Notes: generated by a model not told the origin, from the letters alone. A stretch of DNA of 64,000 nucleotides from Acidimicrobiia bacterium (GCA_965215185.1 OZ244034.1:2464001-2528000), one strand, 5' to 3'. Counted from the stretch's first letter, positions 1 through 11,200 are shown. Numbers and translations are program-made.

Positions 1-1170
1 CCAGCCGTCCCGATTCACCACCCGGGCCGTTTCGGCAGGCCAGTTCAGGTATCCGGAGAACGCTCCAGGGCTGCGAGCCCAAAGCTCCCCTATTACATCG
101 GCCGATACCCGCGCACCTGTCTGGTTCACCACCTTGATCTCGACTCCCTCCAGAGCAAACCCCACCGATCCGGGAAGCCTTTCCCCGTGACAGGGGTTCG
201 ACGTGATGATCCCCACTTCGGTCATTCCATAGCGCTCCACTATCCGGTGTCCGCAGCGCTCATAGAACTGCGTCCAAACTTGGGGGAGGAGAGGCGCTGA
301 TCCGCAGGTAAAGAGCCTCATCCTCGCCGCTGCCTGGTGGGACAACGCCGGATGGGCCAACAGGCGGGTGTAATAGGTGGGCACTCCCATGAACACCGTG
401 GCCCTATCCCAAAGCCGTATTGCCTCGGCCGGATCGAACGTGGACATAAAGAGGATCGAAGATCCGCTGAGCAGGGCGCAGTGGAGCGCCACCAACAATC
501 CGTGGGTATGAAACAGCGGCAGAGCGTGGACTAGGACATCCGCTGATCGAAAGTCCCAGACCCGGCGCAAAGCCAACGCATTGGCGGCCAGCGCGCGGTG
601 GCTGAGCACCGCTCCACGGGGCTGGCCCGTGGTGCCGGAGGTGTAAAGTATCACCGCCGGGTCGCTGCCGGTCGGTTGAAACTGCCAGGTAGGGTCACCC
701 CTTTGAGCGGGTGCTTCCAGCAGGGCGATTGCTCCATCAGCCTGCAGGGCAGCCACCTGCGCCAACCCGGCCTCCGCCAATTCCACCACCCGGGAAGAAT
801 CGCAGACCACCAGCCGCGGAGAGCAGTCCTCTATCAATCCATCCAATTCCCCCCGGGTGTAACCGGGATTGGCGGGAACGTAGACCGCACCGTAGCTCAG
901 GCAGGCCAGGTAAAGGACGACATTGGCCGGTGACTTGCCGACGTAGGCCAATACTCGATCCCCCGGCGCCACCCCACAGGCAGCCAACTGCGTCCGGCAG
1001 GCATGCACCTTGGCATCCAGTTCCCCGTAACTCAACGAACCGCCCTCCCCCGTCTCCAGGGCAACCTTGGTGGGGTGGCGAAGCATCACCTCGCGCAACA
1101 AGCCATAAAGCCCACCGGGGAGAGTGGGCGGATCATCCGCCCAACGGGCAAGATCCCATGTTCGAGGCAT
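1..1170 (-). CDS. Acyl-CoA synthetase, malonyl-CoA synthetase (MatB)-like; runs off window start
   Basis: Not in the ORF track; read manually on the - strand: ILYTSGTTGQPRG AMP-binding motif, LPLFHTHGL, MGVPTYY, GSAPL, ERYGMTE; in-frame ATG at 1170. Confidence 0.85.
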   Translation of the reverse strand, partial: MPRTWDLARWADDPPTLPGGLYGLLREVMLRHPTKVALETGEGGSLSYGELDAKVHACRTQLAACGVAPGDRVLAYVGKSPANVVLYLACLSYGAVYVPANPGYTRGELDGLIEDCSPRLVVCDSSRVVELAEAGLAQVAALQADGAIALLEAPAQRGDPTWQFQPTGSDPAVILYTSGTTGQPRGAVLSHRALAANALALRRVWDFRSADVLVHALPLFHTHGLLVALHCALLSGSSILFMSTFDPAEAIRLWDRATVFMGVPTYYTRLLAHPALSHQAAARMRLFTCGSAPLLPQVWTQFYERCGHRIVERYGMTEVGIITSNPCHGERLPGSVGFALEGVEIKVVNQTGARVSADVIGELWARSPGAFSGYLNWPAETARVVNRDGW

Positions 1171-1189
1171 CAAACTCGCCTCGAACCCG

Positions 1190-1262
1190 TGGCCAGGGGC
1201 AGAATCGAACTGCCGACCCTCGGTTTTTCAGACCGATACTCTGCCAACTGAGCTACCTGGCC
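1190..1262 (-). tRNA. tRNA-Phe (GAA)
   Basis: Reverse complement GGCCAGGTAGCTCAGTTGG...CTGAAAA...GTTCGATTC...CCTGGCCA; cloverleaf. Confidence 0.95.
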
Positions 1263-1273
1263 TCTCGAACCCG

Positions 1274-1351
1274 TGGCGGGGACGACGGGATTTGAACCCG
1301 CGACCTCTGGCTTGACAGGCCAGCGAACACTCCAGACTGTTCTACGCCCCC
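1274..1351 (-). tRNA. tRNA-Asp (GTC)
   Basis: Reverse complement GGGGGCGTAG...CTGTCAA...GTTCAAATCCCGTCGTCCCCGCCA. Confidence 0.95.
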
Positions 1352-1473
1352 ATTTGAGCAGAACGGGTATCGACCGAGAAGCCGAATCCCTGCGATGCCA
1401 GTATATCTATTCCTTCCAGCACCCAAGCCGGGTTTGGACATCTTGAGGATGCAGGTGCGGGCGTTTGTCCTCG

Positions 1474-2496
1474 TCAGTCCAGGGAGAGGGCAACCTTCCC
1501 CATCTGGCGTCCCGAGTCCAGTCTCGCCATCGCGGCGGGCAGTTCCTCGAAAGCAAATACGTGGTCCACAGGAGGCGCCGTGGCCCTGCCCGAGGCGATC
1601 AAATCGATCAAGTCTTGATATTCGGCAGGGGTGTACATAGTGGAGCCGATGATCTCCAACTGCCTGAAAAACAGCGCCGGGATGACGATCTGCGCCTTGG
1701 CGCCGCTAGTGGCGCCACACACCACCATCCGGCCTCCCGGCCGCAGCGAACGAAGCGACTGTCCCCAGGTGGCTGGACCGACATTCTCGATTACCACATC
1801 CGCCAGACCCCCGGCCGCCATTTTCAGATCCTTGGCGAATTGTCCGGTGGAATCAAAGCCCCCCTCTCCTCCGTTGGCCACCGCCCAGGCGATCTTTTCC
1901 GAATCTCGGGAGGTGACGAACACCCGGGCGCCCATAGAGACCCCCAGTAGAGCCGCGGCGCTGGAAACCCCGCCTCCCACTCCCACTACCAGCAGGGTCT
2001 CGCCCCGCATCAGTCGCCCGCGTCTCAGCATCCGGAAGGCGGTGCCGGCCGCCAAAGAGAACGACCCGGCCGTCTCCCAGGACATGCTCGCCGGTTTCGG
2101 CGCGGCGTTGGCGACGGGAATCACCACCCTTTCAGCCAGGGTCCCCTGGCTGTGTTCTCCCAAGACTCCGAAATGCCGACAATAGACCGTTTCCCCAGTG
2201 GCACAAACCTCGCATGCCCCACAGGAAAGAGACGGGTTGATGATCACCTCGTCCCCCTCGGCCAGGCCTTCCACCCCGGGCCCCACCGCGTCCACCACCC
2301 CGGCACCGTCCCCGCCGAGAATATGCGGGAGGCTGGGAGGGGCGGGAAGTCCGTGTGTCACCCAGATGTCGAGGTGGTTGAGGGCAATGATCCGTGGCTT
2401 TATCCGCACCTGCCCCTCTCCAGGTTCGGGGACAGGCACCTTGTCAAGGGAGAGGGCTTCGGGACCGGTAAGTTGATGTAAACGCCAAGCTCGCAT
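1474..2496 (-). CDS. Zinc-binding alcohol dehydrogenase / quinone oxidoreductase (MDR family)
   Basis: ALNHLD, CGACEVC...C structural zinc motif, C-terminal GKVAL; start trimmed to MRAW. Confidence 0.85.
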   Translation of the reverse strand: MRAWRLHQLTGPEALSLDKVPVPEPGEGQVRIKPRIIALNHLDIWVTHGLPAPPSLPHILGGDGAGVVDAVGPGVEGLAEGDEVIINPSLSCGACEVCATGETVYCRHFGVLGEHSQGTLAERVVIPVANAAPKPASMSWETAGSFSLAAGTAFRMLRRGRLMRGETLLVVGVGGGVSSAAALLGVSMGARVFVTSRDSEKIAWAVANGGEGGFDSTGQFAKDLKMAAGGLADVVIENVGPATWGQSLRSLRPGGRMVVCGATSGAKAQIVIPALFFRQLEIIGSTMYTPAEYQDLIDLIASGRATAPPVDHVFAFEELPAAMARLDSGRQMGKVALSLD

Positions 2497-2751
2497 CTGC
2501 CTGAGGGTAATGCTTTTCCAATGAAGGACGGTGGGCCCGTTGCCCGTGATAAATCTCAATGGAAGTCAAGATAGGCGAGGGGTTTGCGAATGGCTGACCG
2601 CATTTGGTGCACCGTATTCGGGGTAACGGGCGTCGGGACTGGGTGGCGGTAGGCCCGTCGGATAGTGTATCTTCATGGGTATGAGTCGGTATAGGCATGT
2701 TCTTCTGCGGTGGCCTCGGGCTGATCGTACGCCTGGCGGGGAGGTCCGTGC

Positions 2752-4908
2752 ATGGCCCGCTCCGATTTTCCCTCCGTTGCAGTTGATCCAGGTCGGACCC
2801 GGGGACGGGCGGGCGGTGAGATGACCGCCGGGACCGCGGTGGCCGGACACGGACCCCCATGGGATGCCGTGGCCGCCGGTCCGAACCTGCTAGAAATCGA
2901 GAACCTGGCGGTGCGCTTCGAATTGCCCACCGAGACGGTCCGCGCGGTCAGCGGTGTGAGCCTCACCGTGGCTCCGAGCGAAACGTTCGCCCTGGTGGGT
3001 GAGTCCGGGTCCGGCAAAAGCGTATCAATGCTGTCCGTCATGGGTCTGCTTCCTTCACCGCCGGCGGTGGTGTCAGGGTCCATCCGGCTGGAGGGCCGGG
3101 AAGTCCTAGGGATGTCCGGACGCCAACTGAAAAGGTTCCGTGGTCGGGACGTGGCCATGGTCTTCCAAGAGCCCATGTCGTCATTGAACCCTGTCCACCG
3201 CGTCGGTCGGCAGATCGGCGAGAGCCTCCGGATACACCGCGGGGTCACCCGGGCCGAGGCGCGGCGCCAGGCCATCCAGCTCCTGGACCGGGTTGGGATA
3301 CCGTCGGCGACAACCCGGGTTGACGACTACCCGCACGAGTTCTCGGGAGGGATGCGCCAGAGGGCGATGATCGCCATGGCGTTGGCGTGTGAGCCGAAAC
3401 TGCTGATCGCCGACGAACCGACCACGGCCCTGGACGTGACCGTCCAGGCCCAGATCGTGGATCTGGTCCGAGAAGTGCAGGCCGAATACCGCTTGGCGGT
3501 GGTCTGGATTACGCATGACCTCGGGGTGGTGGCCGAGATAGCCGATCGGGTGGCGGTCATGTACGCAGGGCGGATACTTGAGACCGGACAGGCATCCGAC
3601 CTCTACCGGGCGACCCGCCACCCCTACACATCCGGATTGCTCCGCTCCATACCCCGACTGAACCGCCCTGTCACAACCCGCCTGGCAGAGATACCGGGTG
3701 CCCCCTTCCGGGTTGTCAAGGAGTTGGCGGCGTGCCCCTTCGACGACCGCTGTCCGCTAGCCGGACAGGGCTGTCAGGATGCTCTCCCGGAGTTGGACAC
3801 GGTCGGGCCTGGCGGGCACCAGTCGGCGTGTATTCACCACCACCAGATGGGGCCCGCCGCCGTGCTCTGGCCGGAAGGAGCAGCAGCGGGCAGCCAGACG
3901 CCCCTCGACCAAGCCGGGGATGTAGTCATCTCGGTCCGGGACCTGCAGGTCCATTTCCCGGTCGTCCGGGGCCTAGGCAAGTCGCGTAAGGGGGCTATTC
4001 GGGCCGTGGACGGCGTCTGCCTCGAAGTGGCCCGGGGAAAGACCTTGGGGATTGTCGGTGAGAGCGGGTGTGGGAAGACCACACTGGGTCGGGCTCTGGT
4101 AGCGCTGGTGCGGCCCACCGGAGGAACGATCGAGATTAACGGGGAGCCGATCAACCATCGCAGCGGAAGGCATCGGCGGGTGGTGCAAATGATCTTCCAG
4201 GACCCCTTCTCGGCCATGAACCCTGGGATGCGGGTAGAGGATGTCGTCGCCGAGCCCCTCCGTATTCACCGACTGGCGGACGCCGAGGCCATCCGCGACC
4301 GGGTGGTCGAACTTTTGACCCAGGTGGGTCTGCCTCCCGACTCGGGTGGGCGCTTTCCGCATGAGTTCAGTGGAGGGCAGCGGCAGCGGATCGCCGTCGC
4401 CCGCGCCCTGGCGGCCGACCCCGCGGTCGTGGTGTGCGACGAACCCGTATCGTCGCTGGACGTTTCGGTGCAGGCCCAGGTAGTGAACCTGCTGGCCGAT
4501 CTGCAGAAGCGGACCGGCATGGCGATGGTCTTCATTGCGCATGATCTGGCGGTGGTGCGCCACGTCTCACACGAAGTGGCGGTGATGTATCTCGGCGAGA
4601 TCGTGGAGAGGGCCCCGCGTGACCAGCTGTACGAAGCACCCCTGCACCCCTATACCAAGGCGCTACTCGAGGCGGTGCCGGTGCCCGACCCCGACAACCA
4701 GACATCCCGGCGAACCAGCCTGGTAGGGGACGTGCCGAGCCCGTCGGATCCCCCGTCGGGCTGCCGTTTCCACACCCGTTGCCCGGTGGCTATCGAAGGG
4801 CTGTGCTCGACCGTCAAGCCGTTGCTGGAAGAGGTGAAGCCGGGCCGATGGGTCTCATGCCATCTCGTAAGTCCGCCCGCCTTAGGAATCGTAAGTCCGC
4901 CCGGCTAG
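2752..4908 (+). CDS. Peptide ABC transporter ATP-binding protein, fused OppD/OppF type
   Basis: Two Walker A motifs (GESGSGKS, GESGCGKT), FSGGMRQR and FSGGQRQR, HPYT and Cys-rich tails; start could be 2821. Confidence 0.93.
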   Translation: MARSDFPSVAVDPGRTRGRAGGEMTAGTAVAGHGPPWDAVAAGPNLLEIENLAVRFELPTETVRAVSGVSLTVAPSETFALVGESGSGKSVSMLSVMGLLPSPPAVVSGSIRLEGREVLGMSGRQLKRFRGRDVAMVFQEPMSSLNPVHRVGRQIGESLRIHRGVTRAEARRQAIQLLDRVGIPSATTRVDDYPHEFSGGMRQRAMIAMALACEPKLLIADEPTTALDVTVQAQIVDLVREVQAEYRLAVVWITHDLGVVAEIADRVAVMYAGRILETGQASDLYRATRHPYTSGLLRSIPRLNRPVTTRLAEIPGAPFRVVKELAACPFDDRCPLAGQGCQDALPELDTVGPGGHQSACIHHHQMGPAAVLWPEGAAAGSQTPLDQAGDVVISVRDLQVHFPVVRGLGKSRKGAIRAVDGVCLEVARGKTLGIVGESGCGKTTLGRALVALVRPTGGTIEINGEPINHRSGRHRRVVQMIFQDPFSAMNPGMRVEDVVAEPLRIHRLADAEAIRDRVVELLTQVGLPPDSGGRFPHEFSGGQRQRIAVARALAADPAVVVCDEPVSSLDVSVQAQVVNLLADLQKRTGMAMVFIAHDLAVVRHVSHEVAVMYLGEIVERAPRDQLYEAPLHPYTKALLEAVPVPDPDNQTSRRTSLVGDVPSPSDPPSGCRFHTRCPVAIEGLCSTVKPLLEEVKPGRWVSCHLVSPPALGIVSPPG

Positions 4909-5124
4909 GAAGTGGGGGGCAAGTCACCGGGCGCCGGTGGTTTTTGGCCAATGACAGCCACATTCGAGCGGTTTTCGAGACCTAGACTCCCAAGATGTCG
5001 CGTCTCTGGCCGATGCCAGCGCGTCTTCTCTTGTTAAGCTGGAACCAGCTAAGGGTTTTTCGCCCCTCAGCAATCGTAATTCTCCGCTACCTATTGGCGG
5101 GGAGAAGAAAGGGAAAACAAGAAG

Positions 5125-6894
5125 ATGCAACGCCTGATTAGCTTCAAGAAAACTCTGCTTCTGGTCGTGCTCGCGCTGGTGATTGTCAGCTGTGGAGATG
5201 ACGATTCCGAACCCGAACCGGCGGCCACTACAGCTGCAACGGCGCCAGTTACGACACAAGCTGCGGCGCCTTCCGACACGGATGAGGAAATGGATGAGGC
5301 GCCCGAACCCGCCCCCGAGACCACAACCACCGCGGCGGCGCCGGCGCCGCCACCCGAACCGGTCGTCGTTCGGGCTGCGGTCACGGGAGATGAGGGGACC
5401 ATGACCCCCTACACATATATCAGCGGCTTCCCCGGGTGGAATCTCATGATGCTCCAGTACGACTCTCTGATGCAGCTTGACTCGGCCGGAGTTCCCCAGC
5501 CGTGGCTGGCCTCGAGCGTCACCGTCAGCGACGACCTCACCGAGTGGTCGGTAACTCTGGTCGAGGGCGTAACTTTCCATGACGGGGAGCCCTTGACCTC
5601 CGATGACGTGTCCTTCAGTGTCGACTACTACGTGAACAACCCTGAGGCGAGCCGTTTCGCCCGCGACTTCAGCGGCGTGGCGGACGTAGTGGTACACGAT
5701 GACTACAACGTCACCTTCGTTCTCAACGGTCCCAGCGCCGGATTCGACGTGGGAGCGCTGGCCGATGCACCCATTATCCCGCGCCACATCTGGGAATCGG
5801 TGGAACTCCCGTCGGAGCACCAGTTCGAGGGCGGTACCAACATCGGGTCGGGTCCGTACAAGTTGGTCGAATACGTCGAAAGCCAGAGTTACCGATTCGC
5901 TGCCAACCCCGACTTCTTCCGGGGTGCCCCGGCGGTTGACGAACTGGTAGTCATCGTCTTTGCCGACGACGCAGGCGCTCAAGCCGCCATCCGTACCGGG
6001 GAAGTCGACGTGATCTTCGAACGGATACCCCCCGAGCAGATCGATCTGCTGGACTCCCAGGACCCGCTGGACATCGCCTTGGGACCCGAGTTCACCACCC
6101 AGATGATCAACTACGACGCTTCGAAGCGCCCGTTCGACGACGTTGCAGTCCGCCAGGCCATCAACCTGGCTATGGACCGCCAGGACTTCGTCGACACCGT
6201 GTACCTGGGGGCAGCCACAGTGGGGAGTCCCGGCTGGATCCATCCCGGGCATTCGTCTTATAACCCCGCCATCGTCCCCGTGTACGACGTGGCCGCCGCC
6301 AACGCGCTATTGGACGGCGCCGGCTATGCCGACACCGACGGCGATGGCGTACGGGAGTTCGACGGGCAGCCGATGTCTTTCGAGATCATCACCAACTCTT
6401 CCGACTCGCTACGTCTGCGGATGGCCGAGTTGACTACGGAGATGCTGGCTGCGATCGGGATCGAAACCGAGGTCGTACCGGTCGACACCGGAGTCTGGGA
6501 GCAGGCCGTGTGGCCGAGCTTCGACGTCAACAATGGTCGCAACTACGAGATCGCCATGTGGGGATGGTCGGCGCCCGTTCAGGCCGACCCGCTGCGGCTT
6601 CCCTGGTTGGTCCACAGCTCAACGGGTTCAGGATTCCTCAACCTGACCGGCTACGGCAACGCCGAGATGGATGAGCTTTCTGACGCCCTGTCTGTCGAGC
6701 CTGATCCGGCGGAACGCGACGCGATCTTGGGTCGAATGCAGGAGATAATCGCCGAGGACCTGCCGTTCGTGCTACTGCTGTATCCGGATGGCGCCTATGT
6801 GTACGACTCCAGCGTCTACTCTGACTGGGAGTTCATCGCCGGCCAGGGCATCGTCAGCAAACTGTCGCTGCTCCCGCCCTCCGCTCGCCCGTAG
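5125..6894 (+). CDS. Peptide ABC transporter substrate-binding lipoprotein (family 5)
   Basis: Lipobox IVSC, FHDGEPLTSDDV, GSGPYKL. Confidence 0.92.
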   Translation: MQRLISFKKTLLLVVLALVIVSCGDDDSEPEPAATTAATAPVTTQAAAPSDTDEEMDEAPEPAPETTTTAAAPAPPPEPVVVRAAVTGDEGTMTPYTYISGFPGWNLMMLQYDSLMQLDSAGVPQPWLASSVTVSDDLTEWSVTLVEGVTFHDGEPLTSDDVSFSVDYYVNNPEASRFARDFSGVADVVVHDDYNVTFVLNGPSAGFDVGALADAPIIPRHIWESVELPSEHQFEGGTNIGSGPYKLVEYVESQSYRFAANPDFFRGAPAVDELVVIVFADDAGAQAAIRTGEVDVIFERIPPEQIDLLDSQDPLDIALGPEFTTQMINYDASKRPFDDVAVRQAINLAMDRQDFVDTVYLGAATVGSPGWIHPGHSSYNPAIVPVYDVAAANALLDGAGYADTDGDGVREFDGQPMSFEIITNSSDSLRLRMAELTTEMLAAIGIETEVVPVDTGVWEQAVWPSFDVNNGRNYEIAMWGWSAPVQADPLRLPWLVHSSTGSGFLNLTGYGNAEMDELSDALSVEPDPAERDAILGRMQEIIAEDLPFVLLLYPDGAYVYDSSVYSDWEFIAGQGIVSKLSLLPPSARP

Positions 6895-7035
6895 GAAAAA
6901 ACTAATAAAATGACGACGGCTAGTGGCGGCCTGCCGCTCGCTCGGGAATCGCGTGTTTGAGTTGCTGCCCGGTAAGGGACTGCTCAGCACGCCCCGAGGA
7001 TCGCGGCAGGCCGCGGGCCAGGTCGAGCCGATGGC

Positions 7036-8013
7036 TTGTTGAGAAGGCGCATCGACCTCCGTCGGGTGACCCAGTACGCGGTCGTGGTAGGGGTGGCGGT
7101 AACGCTCAACTTCCTGTTGCCCCGGCTGATGCCGGGAAACCCGCTGGCGCTGATCGCCGGAGTGGATGTCGGCCTTCTGGACCCGGACCAACGGGCTGAG
7201 ATCGTCGCCCGGGTCGGTCTGGACGCGCCCCTCTGGAAGCAGTATCTGCGGTATTGGGGCGGTATCCTCACCGGCGATTTCGGGTACTCGTTCCGGGCTA
7301 ACCGTCCCATCGTCGGAATGATCTTGGACCGGCTCCCCTGGACTCTCCTGATCACAGGCCTGTCACTGGTGGCATCAGCAATCACAGGTGTGGTACTGGG
7401 CGCCCTCTCCGCTTGGCGAAGGGGCACGAAGGGCGACTTGAGCCTGCTTTCGGGGATGATCTCGATCGAGTCGTTGCCCTCCTTCTGGTTGGGTATGGTC
7501 TTCATATCGGTCTTCGCCGTTCAATGGGGTCTGCTGCCGTCGTTCGGCGCGGTGACCCCCGCGTCCGATCTGGTGGGTTGGGCCCACACCTGGGACATCA
7601 TCCGCCACACCATAATGCCCGTGGCCACCCTGTCGATCGTCGCGACGCCGGGCGTCTACATGACCATGCGCTATTCGATGCTGGAAACGCTGGGGGAGGA
7701 CTACATCCGGACCGCCAGGGCGAAAGGCGCCGGCGAGCGCAGGGTGCTGTTCGGGCATGTTGCCCGCAACGCCATCGCTCCAGTGATCACGGTTCTCGCC
7801 ATCCGTCTGGGGTTTGCCTTCGGGGGCACGGTGATCATCGAGACGGTGTTCTCCTATCCGGGACTCGGTCGCCTGGTCTTCGAAGCGGTCTCAGGACGTG
7901 ACTATCCCGTGATGCAGGCGGCTTTCTTGGTCTTCACAGGGGCGGTGTTGGTGGCGAACCTGGCGGCCGACCTCTTGTACCCGCTGATTGATCCCAGGAC
8001 CAGAACATCGTGA
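7036..8013 (+). CDS. Peptide ABC permease (OppB/DppB-like)
   Basis: YIRTARAKG, IETVFSYPGLG, RDYPV. Confidence 0.92.
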   Translation: MLRRRIDLRRVTQYAVVVGVAVTLNFLLPRLMPGNPLALIAGVDVGLLDPDQRAEIVARVGLDAPLWKQYLRYWGGILTGDFGYSFRANRPIVGMILDRLPWTLLITGLSLVASAITGVVLGALSAWRRGTKGDLSLLSGMISIESLPSFWLGMVFISVFAVQWGLLPSFGAVTPASDLVGWAHTWDIIRHTIMPVATLSIVATPGVYMTMRYSMLETLGEDYIRTARAKGAGERRVLFGHVARNAIAPVITVLAIRLGFAFGGTVIIETVFSYPGLGRLVFEAVSGRDYPVMQAAFLVFTGAVLVANLAADLLYPLIDPRTRTS

Positions 8014-8876
8014 CGGCTGCGGGCTTCGATGACAGGGCGGTGCGGCGGGCCATACGGCGGCGTTCGCGGCTGCCCACCATCCTCGGGCTGCTTGGGGCGG
8101 CGATCGTTGGAGCTCTGCTGTTCACGGCCGTGTTCGCCCCGTGGATAGCGCCGTACGACCCCACCGACCGGATAGCCAGACCCTTCCTGCCGCCCAGCGC
8201 CGAACATCTGCTGGGTACCAACGATGTCGGCCATGATCTCCTCTCGGAGATCATCTTCGGATCGCGGGTGTCCTTACTGGTGGGACTCGTGGCGGCAACA
8301 GTAGCCCTGCTGATCGGTACAACGGTGGGCGTGGTGGCCGGCTACTACCCCAAAAGGCTGGGGTCGACTCTGATGCGCGGGGTGGACGTGATATTGATCC
8401 TGCCGTTCCTTCCTCTACTCATAGTGCTGGCCGCCTACTTGGGCAGGAGCCTTCTGAACACGATCCTGGTCATCGGGGTGCTGATCTGGGCGGAGCCGGC
8501 CCGGATCATCCGATCACAGGTCCTATCCCTGCGCTCGCGAGAATACGTGCTGGCATCCCGTTCGATGGGCGCTCCTGACCGTTGGACGATCCTGCGGCAC
8601 ATCGTTCCCCGCACAGCCCTGCTCGCTACGGGCTCGTTCGTGCGGGCGGTGTCCGGGGCGATTCTGCTGGAGGCTGCGCTCAGCTTCCTGGGTCTGGGCG
8701 ACCCGATCCAAAAGAGCTGGGGCTCGACGCTGTACTGGGCCCAAACTCGGGGGGCCTTCCTGACCCCGGCATGGAAATGGTGGGTGCTGCCGCCCGGCCT
8801 GCTGATCATGCTGGCATCACTCGGATTCGCCCTCATCGCCTTCTCGCTCGAGGAACGCATCAATCCCCGGTTGTAG
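8010..8876 (+). CDS. Peptide ABC permease (OppC/DppC-like)
   Basis: HLLGTNDVGHD, EAALSFLGLG. Confidence 0.92.
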   Translation: MTAAGFDDRAVRRAIRRRSRLPTILGLLGAAIVGALLFTAVFAPWIAPYDPTDRIARPFLPPSAEHLLGTNDVGHDLLSEIIFGSRVSLLVGLVAATVALLIGTTVGVVAGYYPKRLGSTLMRGVDVILILPFLPLLIVLAAYLGRSLLNTILVIGVLIWAEPARIIRSQVLSLRSREYVLASRSMGAPDRWTILRHIVPRTALLATGSFVRAVSGAILLEAALSFLGLGDPIQKSWGSTLYWAQTRGAFLTPAWKWWVLPPGLLIMLASLGFALIAFSLEERINPRL

Positions 8877-8947
8877 CCCGTTACCCCCGGTCCGGTCGGC
8901 TTGGTATTCTTCCGGCCAGACAGGTCCAACCGAGAAAGGCATCCGGC

Positions 8948-9577
8948 ATGAACAGATGGGAACATCGAATCGAAGGGGCGCATCTGATAAAGCTGCTGGT
9001 GGGGCCCTTCGAAAACAACGCCTACATCGTGGGGTGCGCCAACACCGGGAAGGCGGTAATCGTGGACGCCGCCGCCGAGCCTGACGTCATTTTGGACGCG
9101 GTCGGTGACTATGACGTGCAGGCCATCCTCACCACTCACGGTCACATGGACCATCTCCAGGCTGTTGACCGGGTAAGCGACAAGTTGGGAGTCCCGTTCC
9201 TGCTGAACCCCGCCGATATCTTCTTGCTGGGAGAGTCCGGGATCGAAAAGATCTCCCCCGATGGGCTGATTGATGACGGGCAGGAAATCGAGGTGGGAGA
9301 TCTTCTCCTTCACGCCATTCACACCCCCGGCCATACCCCCGGTTCGACCTCATTCATTCTGGAACCGTGGCTGCTCAGCGGAGACACCCTCTTCCCGGGC
9401 GGACCCGGCGCCACTCAGTGGGACTATTCCTCTTTCGGGCAGGTTATGGACTCCGTAGAGACGCTCCTTTCCAGGTTCCCCGACCCGACCGTGATTTTCC
9501 CGGGTCATGGGGCCAATGACACCACCGTGGGTACAGAAAAGCCGCACACCCAAGAGTGGCGGGCGAGGGGCTGGTAG
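8948..9577 (+). CDS. MBL-fold metallo-hydrolase (glyoxalase II-like)
   Basis: THGHMDH, HTPGHTPG, SGDTLF, PGHG; ATG at 8948 after GAAAGG. Confidence 0.88.
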   Translation: MNRWEHRIEGAHLIKLLVGPFENNAYIVGCANTGKAVIVDAAAEPDVILDAVGDYDVQAILTTHGHMDHLQAVDRVSDKLGVPFLLNPADIFLLGESGIEKISPDGLIDDGQEIEVGDLLLHAIHTPGHTPGSTSFILEPWLLSGDTLFPGGPGATQWDYSSFGQVMDSVETLLSRFPDPTVIFPGHGANDTTVGTEKPHTQEWRARGW

Positions 9578-9948
9578 CCGAAACGGTTCAACCCAATCAA
9601 CCAGGTCGACGGGCGGGTTGGTCCGGCGATTCACACAACATCTCGCGAAATTCGTAGCCACCTGCCCACCCGCGGGCAATGGGGCAAACCCAAAACCTTC
9701 GGCAGTGACCCACCACCATTCCCTAGTTAGCCGAGCAGGCCTGGGGGCCCCTGTCGGAGGCGGACTGGTCGGGTCGACCTCTCGCCGCGGCCTGGGTCAG
9801 CTCGCAACCGGCCTGCGGGATTGTGATTGTCGTGGCTACACCAATATGGTCCTTGCCGGCGGCGGCTGCCAACCCGGAAACGGTGGGGTCTGTTCCAACC
9901 TGTTTTTGGCCAACCTGGGGGGAGCTCTGGAAGTCCCGCCCGCGGCGG

Positions 9949-11037
9949 TCAGTCGAAGACCACCACCGAGCGCAACACCTCTCCCCGCTCCATGCGGTGA
10001 AATGCGTCCTCGACTTCACCGATGCCGATGGTCTCGCTGACGAAACCGTCCAGGTCCAAACGTCCCTGCAAATACAAGTCGATGAGCATCGGGAAGTCCC
10101 TCTCCGGGAGGCAGTCTCCGTACCAGGAAGACTTCAAGGCCCCGCCGCGGCCGAACACCTCAATGAAAGGCAGTTCGATTTTCATATCCGGCGTCGGGAC
10201 GCCCACCAGCACCACCACTCCGGCCAAATCTCTGGCATAGAAAGCCTGCTCATACGTCTCGGGTAGACCGATCGCCTCGACCACCACATCTGCTCCATTA
10301 CCTCCGGTTATTTCCCGAATCCGTTCCACGGGATCCTCGTTACGGGAGTTAATAGTGTGGGTGGCGCCAAAGCCCTTGGCCCACTCCAGTTTGCGGTCGT
10401 CGATGTCCACCCCGATAATCGTCCCGGCGCCGGCCAGGCGGGACCCGACAATCGCGCCCGAACCCACCCCGCCGCAGCCGATCACGGCAACAGAATCTCC
10501 CCGTCCCACCCCCCCGGTGTTAATTGCGGCGCCGATACCCGCCATCACGCCGCAGCCCAACAATCCTGCTGCTTCCGGTCGCGCCCGGCTGTCCACCTTG
10601 GTGGCCTGTCCGGCGGCGACCAGCGTCAACTCGGCAAAAGCGCCGATGCCAAGAGCGGGCGACAGTTCCGTCCCATCGGCGAGGGTCATTTTCTGGGTGG
10701 CGTTGTGGGTGGCGAAACAGTACCAGGGACGGCCCCTGTTACAAGCCCGACAATTCCCGCATATCGCCCGCCAGTTGAGGATCACGAAATCGCCTGGCGC
10801 CACATTGTTCACGCCGGGCCCAACCGACTCCACGATCCCAGCCGCCTCATGGCCCAGAAAGAAGGGGTAGTCGTCGCTAATGCCGCCTTCTCGATAATGC
10901 AGATCGGTGTGACACACTCCACAAGCCTTCACCGCCACCCGAGCTTCTCCCGGGCCCGGATCTGGGACAATCACAGTCTGCAGGGAGACCGGGGCTCCCT
11001 TTTCCAGGGAAACTACTCCCCTTACCTCTTCAGCCAT
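9949..11037 (-). CDS. mscR: S-(hydroxymethyl)mycothiol dehydrogenase / S-nitrosomycothiol reductase
   Basis: [37 protein letters not shown]. Confidence 0.88.
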   Translation of the reverse strand: MAEEVRGVVSLEKGAPVSLQTVIVPDPGPGEARVAVKACGVCHTDLHYREGGISDDYPFFLGHEAAGIVESVGPGVNNVAPGDFVILNWRAICGNCRACNRGRPWYCFATHNATQKMTLADGTELSPALGIGAFAELTLVAAGQATKVDSRARPEAAGLLGCGVMAGIGAAINTGGVGRGDSVAVIGCGGVGSGAIVGSRLAGAGTIIGVDIDDRKLEWAKGFGATHTINSRNEDPVERIREITGGNGADVVVEAIGLPETYEQAFYARDLAGVVVLVGVPTPDMKIELPFIEVFGRGGALKSSWYGDCLPERDFPMLIDLYLQGRLDLDGFVSETIGIGEVEDAFHRMERGEVLRSVVVFD

Positions 11038-11200
11038 GTGGCGACCTCCTGTTTCAACTCCGACCCAAAGACTAGCCCCGCGGTTGCTAACAGGTCCCTC
11101 CAACCGGGGGCCCTTCATCGCCATTTTCGACCCACCGCAATCTCCATCCGACTTGTATCCTTCAAAGTGTCCGCCAGATCGGTGTTCCTCGGGGAGGTGC

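Noticed and set aside
4865-4911. About 24-bp tandem duplication at the ABC ATPase 3' end
   Set aside because: Two copies only; a simple slippage duplication
4924-6252. Long antisense ORFs (also 22261-23319, 61704-62510, 62516-63604)
   Set aside because: Shadow frames of high-GC genes with no family motifs
9578-9948. 370-bp gap between convergent genes as a possible ncRNA
   Set aside because: No recognisable RNA family motif or convincing structure by eye; an Rfam search would be needed
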